Of a stretch of 64,000 bases of DNA, positions 61,605 to 64,000 are shown one piece after another. Positions within the stretch are counted from its first letter, which is position 1. Each line of letters begins with the position of its first letter. Under the pieces are notes generated by a model. The model ran no database searches and had not been told where the DNA came from. It worked only from the letters and a program-made list of their open reading frames with translations. Position numbers and translations under genes: made by a program. The DNA is from an uncultured Lentisphaeria bacterium (GTDB taxonomy: Bacteria; Fidelibacterota; UBA8477; JABMPR01). The stretch lies in NCBI GenBank assembly GCA_964454335.1, contig CAYVVT010000002.1:211436-275435 (forward strand). The letters run 5' to 3'.

Positions 61605-64000
61605 ATGATGTATATGAGAGTGGTTAGTGTGCTCACCTTTTTCTCTCTGGCCGGCGGCTTGATCGCTGCCGAAGCTCCCCTGGCTGCCGAGGGTCGACTT
61701 GTCATTCAGGATTTTGATGAATACCAGTCCACCTTCATGGTCAATATGCCTGATTGGGAACTTGGTTCAGTCACACTGCAAAGTGGGGAATATCAACGCA
61801 TTCTAAGCGATCTCAGTGGTGAGATCAGACTCACCGGGGCCCCGCACTTACCAACCACCAGTACTCTCGTAGCGGTACCTGAAGAAGGTGCACTTCACGT
61901 TGAATACAGCTATGCTGGTGAGACGATCCTGAGTGACGTGGACCTGGTCCCATTCCAGGCCGTACAGCTTGAGGCGGAGGGAGTCGCCCGTCAGCAGCTT
62001 CCCGACCGGGAGATCTATCAGACCGACGCCTGGTATCCGGCGGAACCGGTCTTCCTGCACGATCGCGCAAAACTCAGAGACATAGCACTGGTGACCGTTG
62101 AGGTTACACCCTTCCAGTACAATCCCGTGCGACGGGAACTCAGGGTTCTGGAAGGTATGCAGGTAGCCGTCAGCCATGACGAGGCACTGCATGCACCCAA
62201 TAAGCCCGTTTCACGATTCTTTGAACCCATTTATCAGTCACTGTTCCCCAACTATCCCATGGTCATGCCAGATCATTATCAGACACCTTCTATCCTTTAC
62301 ATCACACCCAATAATGCGACGGTTGATCTGATCATGGAGACACTAGTGGATTGGAGGCATGAAAAAGGCTTCGAGGTCCATGTAGCCAATACCGCATTGA
62401 CGGGCAGTTCAAACTCTTCCATCAAATCCTATATCCAGACCGCCTATGACACCTGGCCGAATCCACCTGAATTCGTATGTCTGGTTGGGGATGTTGGCGG
62501 CGGCCTGGGTATTCCAACCTTCTACGAGGGTTGGTCCTGGTACAACGGTGAAGGTGACCATCCCTTTGTCCACCTCGACGGTGGAGATTATATCAGTGAC
62601 GCCTTCGTGGGACGATTGACATTCTCATCCACCTCCCAGCTGACGAATATCATCGCCAAGATCGTCAACTATGAGAAACAGCCATATGTAGATGACACAA
62701 ACTGGTTTACTCGTGCCTTGCTGGTGGGTGATCCCTCGGCTTCCGGCCTCTCCACCATCATGACCAATCGCTTCATCGATGAGTTGTCCCAGTACCATGG
62801 TTACAGCAACAACTTCCTGGTATTCAGCGGATCATTCGAAGGTCAGATGGCATCCGGCCTTAACGCCGGCGTCTCCTTCTTCAATTATCGCGGCTATCTG
62901 GGTATGAGCGGCTGGGACAACAGTAATACGAACTCCCTCTCCAATGGTCCTAAACTGCCATTCGTGACCATTCTGACCTGCGGTACAGGCGGTTTTGCCG
63001 GCAGTTCGCGTGCGGAGCAGTTCCTGAAGGTCGGAACAGCAGCAGTACCCAAGGGTGGTATAGGTGCCGTAGGAACGGCCACCTCTGGAACGCATACGCT
63101 ATACAACAATTGCGTCGCAGGTGGGATCTATCAGGGCATTTTCAACGAGAAGATCTATTACGCAGGTGCAGCGCTTGAGCGTGGCCGCCTGAATCTCAAC
63201 ATGAGCTATCCCAGCAATAACAACAATTTCGTCGAGATCTTCTCACACTGGAACAACCTCATGGGTGATCCGGTGACAGAATTCTGGACCGGCATACCCG
63301 GTAACCTGACCGTCACAGTTCCGGCTGAACTACCCGTAGCCAGCCGTTGGCTCAGCGTGTTGGTTGAAAATGATCTGGGACTACCAGTCAAAGACTCCTG
63401 GGTCACAGCCCTACAGGAAGGCGACTCGGTCTTCGTTTCCGCCTATACGGATGAGAACGGTGTTGCCCAGCTCAGTCTAGAAGGTTTGGTAGAGGGCGAC
63501 CTCACCGTTACGGTGACCAAGCATAATTTCATACCGAGCCAGAGCACCGTCGGCGTTGCGGCTGGCAATGTCGCAGTTCTCATCGACGATGTAACACTTG
63601 TCGAGTCATCGGGTAATGGTGACGGGATCGTCAACGCTGCTGAAAGTGCCGACCTGACCTATTCAGTATTGAACAGCGCAGATACCACTGTGAATGATGT
63701 TACCATCCTGGTGACCCACGAGGATGGCACCGTGCTCTCGGATTTCTACCTCTCATCACTGGATGCGTCCGAGCTCCACACATCTTCACCAATCAATATC
63801 GACATACCTGCTGACTACCCCGGGGTAGCTGACCTGGATGTAAAGTTCGAGATCGGGGTTGACGGTTCAGGCTGGAACGATCACCGCCGATTTGAGATCA
63901 CCGCCCCATACCTCAGCGTCATAGCCTTGAATGAAGGTGGAACTGCCATTCCCTCCTTTGATCCAGGTGAGATCACAGACCTGGTCGTCAGCCTCAAGAA
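61605..64000 (+). CDS. gingipain-like C25-family cysteine peptidase homolog, 5' part only (runs off window end)
   Basis: ATG 61605 with signal MMYMRVVSVLTFFSLAGGLIAAEA; in-frame C25 motifs FVCLVGDVGGGLGIP (from 62460) and FNYRGYLGMSGW (from 62880). No + strand ORF with a stop is listed in the track after 61358, consistent with an open frame to base 64000. Confidence 0.65.
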   Translation, partial: MMYMRVVSVLTFFSLAGGLIAAEAPLAAEGRLVIQDFDEYQSTFMVNMPDWELGSVTLQSGEYQRILSDLSGEIRLTGAPHLPTTSTLVAVPEEGALHVEYSYAGETILSDVDLVPFQAVQLEAEGVARQQLPDREIYQTDAWYPAEPVFLHDRAKLRDIALVTVEVTPFQYNPVRRELRVLEGMQVAVSHDEALHAPNKPVSRFFEPIYQSLFPNYPMVMPDHYQTPSILYITPNNATVDLIMETLVDWRHEKGFEVHVANTALTGSSNSSIKSYIQTAYDTWPNPPEFVCLVGDVGGGLGIPTFYEGWSWYNGEGDHPFVHLDGGDYISDAFVGRLTFSSTSQLTNIIAKIVNYEKQPYVDDTNWFTRALLVGDPSASGLSTIMTNRFIDELSQYHGYSNNFLVFSGSFEGQMASGLNAGVSFFNYRGYLGMSGWDNSNTNSLSNGPKLPFVTILTCGTGGFAGSSRAEQFLKVGTAAVPKGGIGAVGTATSGTHTLYNNCVAGGIYQGIFNEKIYYAGAALERGRLNLNMSYPSNNNNFVEIFSHWNNLMGDPVTEFWTGIPGNLTVTVPAELPVASRWLSVLVENDLGLPVKDSWVTALQEGDSVFVSAYTDENGVAQLSLEGLVEGDLTVTVTKHNFIPSQSTVGVAAGNVAVLIDDVTLVESSGNGDGIVNAAESADLTYSVLNSADTTVNDVTILVTHEDGTVLSDFYLSSLDASELHTSSPINIDIPADYPGVADLDVKFEIGVDGSGWNDHRRFEITAPYLSVIALNEGGTAIPSFDPGEITDLVVSLK

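Noticed and set aside
1-64000. Mobile elements, prophage or integrative islands
   Set aside because: No transposase, integrase, recombinase, phage structural gene or flanking direct repeats were recognised; composition looks uniform across the window.

Overview
64-kb chromosomal window, moderately GC-rich, from a Gram-negative bacterium that is almost certainly in the FCB superphylum: at least seven proteins end in a type IX secretion (T9SS/Por) C-terminal sorting domain. No rRNA, tRNA, CRISPR, transposase or integrase was recognised. All calls are from motif reading by eye against remembered family signatures; no database search or alignment was run. Layout: (1) 1-4352, a T9SS cargo fragment, a TlpA-like thiol:disulfide oxidoreductase and three envelope proteins; (2) 4615-10552, a TetR-regulated fatty-acid beta-oxidation operon (acyl-CoA dehydrogenase, thiolase, fused 3-hydroxyacyl-CoA dehydrogenase/enoyl-CoA hydratase); (3) 10919-13427, small secreted proteins and an FGE-sulfatase-family protein; (4) 13676-19805 minus strand, a complete [NiFe]-hydrogenase maturation set hypA-hypB-hypF-hypC-hypD-hypE with no structural hydrogenase in the window; (5) 19813-22239, an S8 subtilisin with a C-terminal dockerin-like module; (6) 22495-28519 minus strand, a MerR-led molybdopterin oxidoreductase operon (Psr/Phs-like ABC) followed by a split YeeE/YedE sulfur transporter and a rhodanese-like protein; (7) 28885-37786, an outer-membrane protein, a Tat-signal TldD plus TldE pair, a 1045-aa beta-helix T9SS protein and a lamin-tail-domain T9SS protein; (8) 37944-64000, one co-directional, tightly packed gene train of about 26 kb: poly-gamma-glutamate synthase core pgsB-pgsC with no canonical pgsA/capA, four uncharacterised envelope proteins, then four gingipain-like C25 paralogs (two ending in dockerin-like modules, two in T9SS CTDs), a 1000-aa repeat protein and an M14 carboxypeptidase. 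The most interesting candidate is block 8, a possible poly-gamma-glutamate synthesis/export locus for a diderm cell coupled to a surface protease array with mixed dockerin and T9SS targeting.
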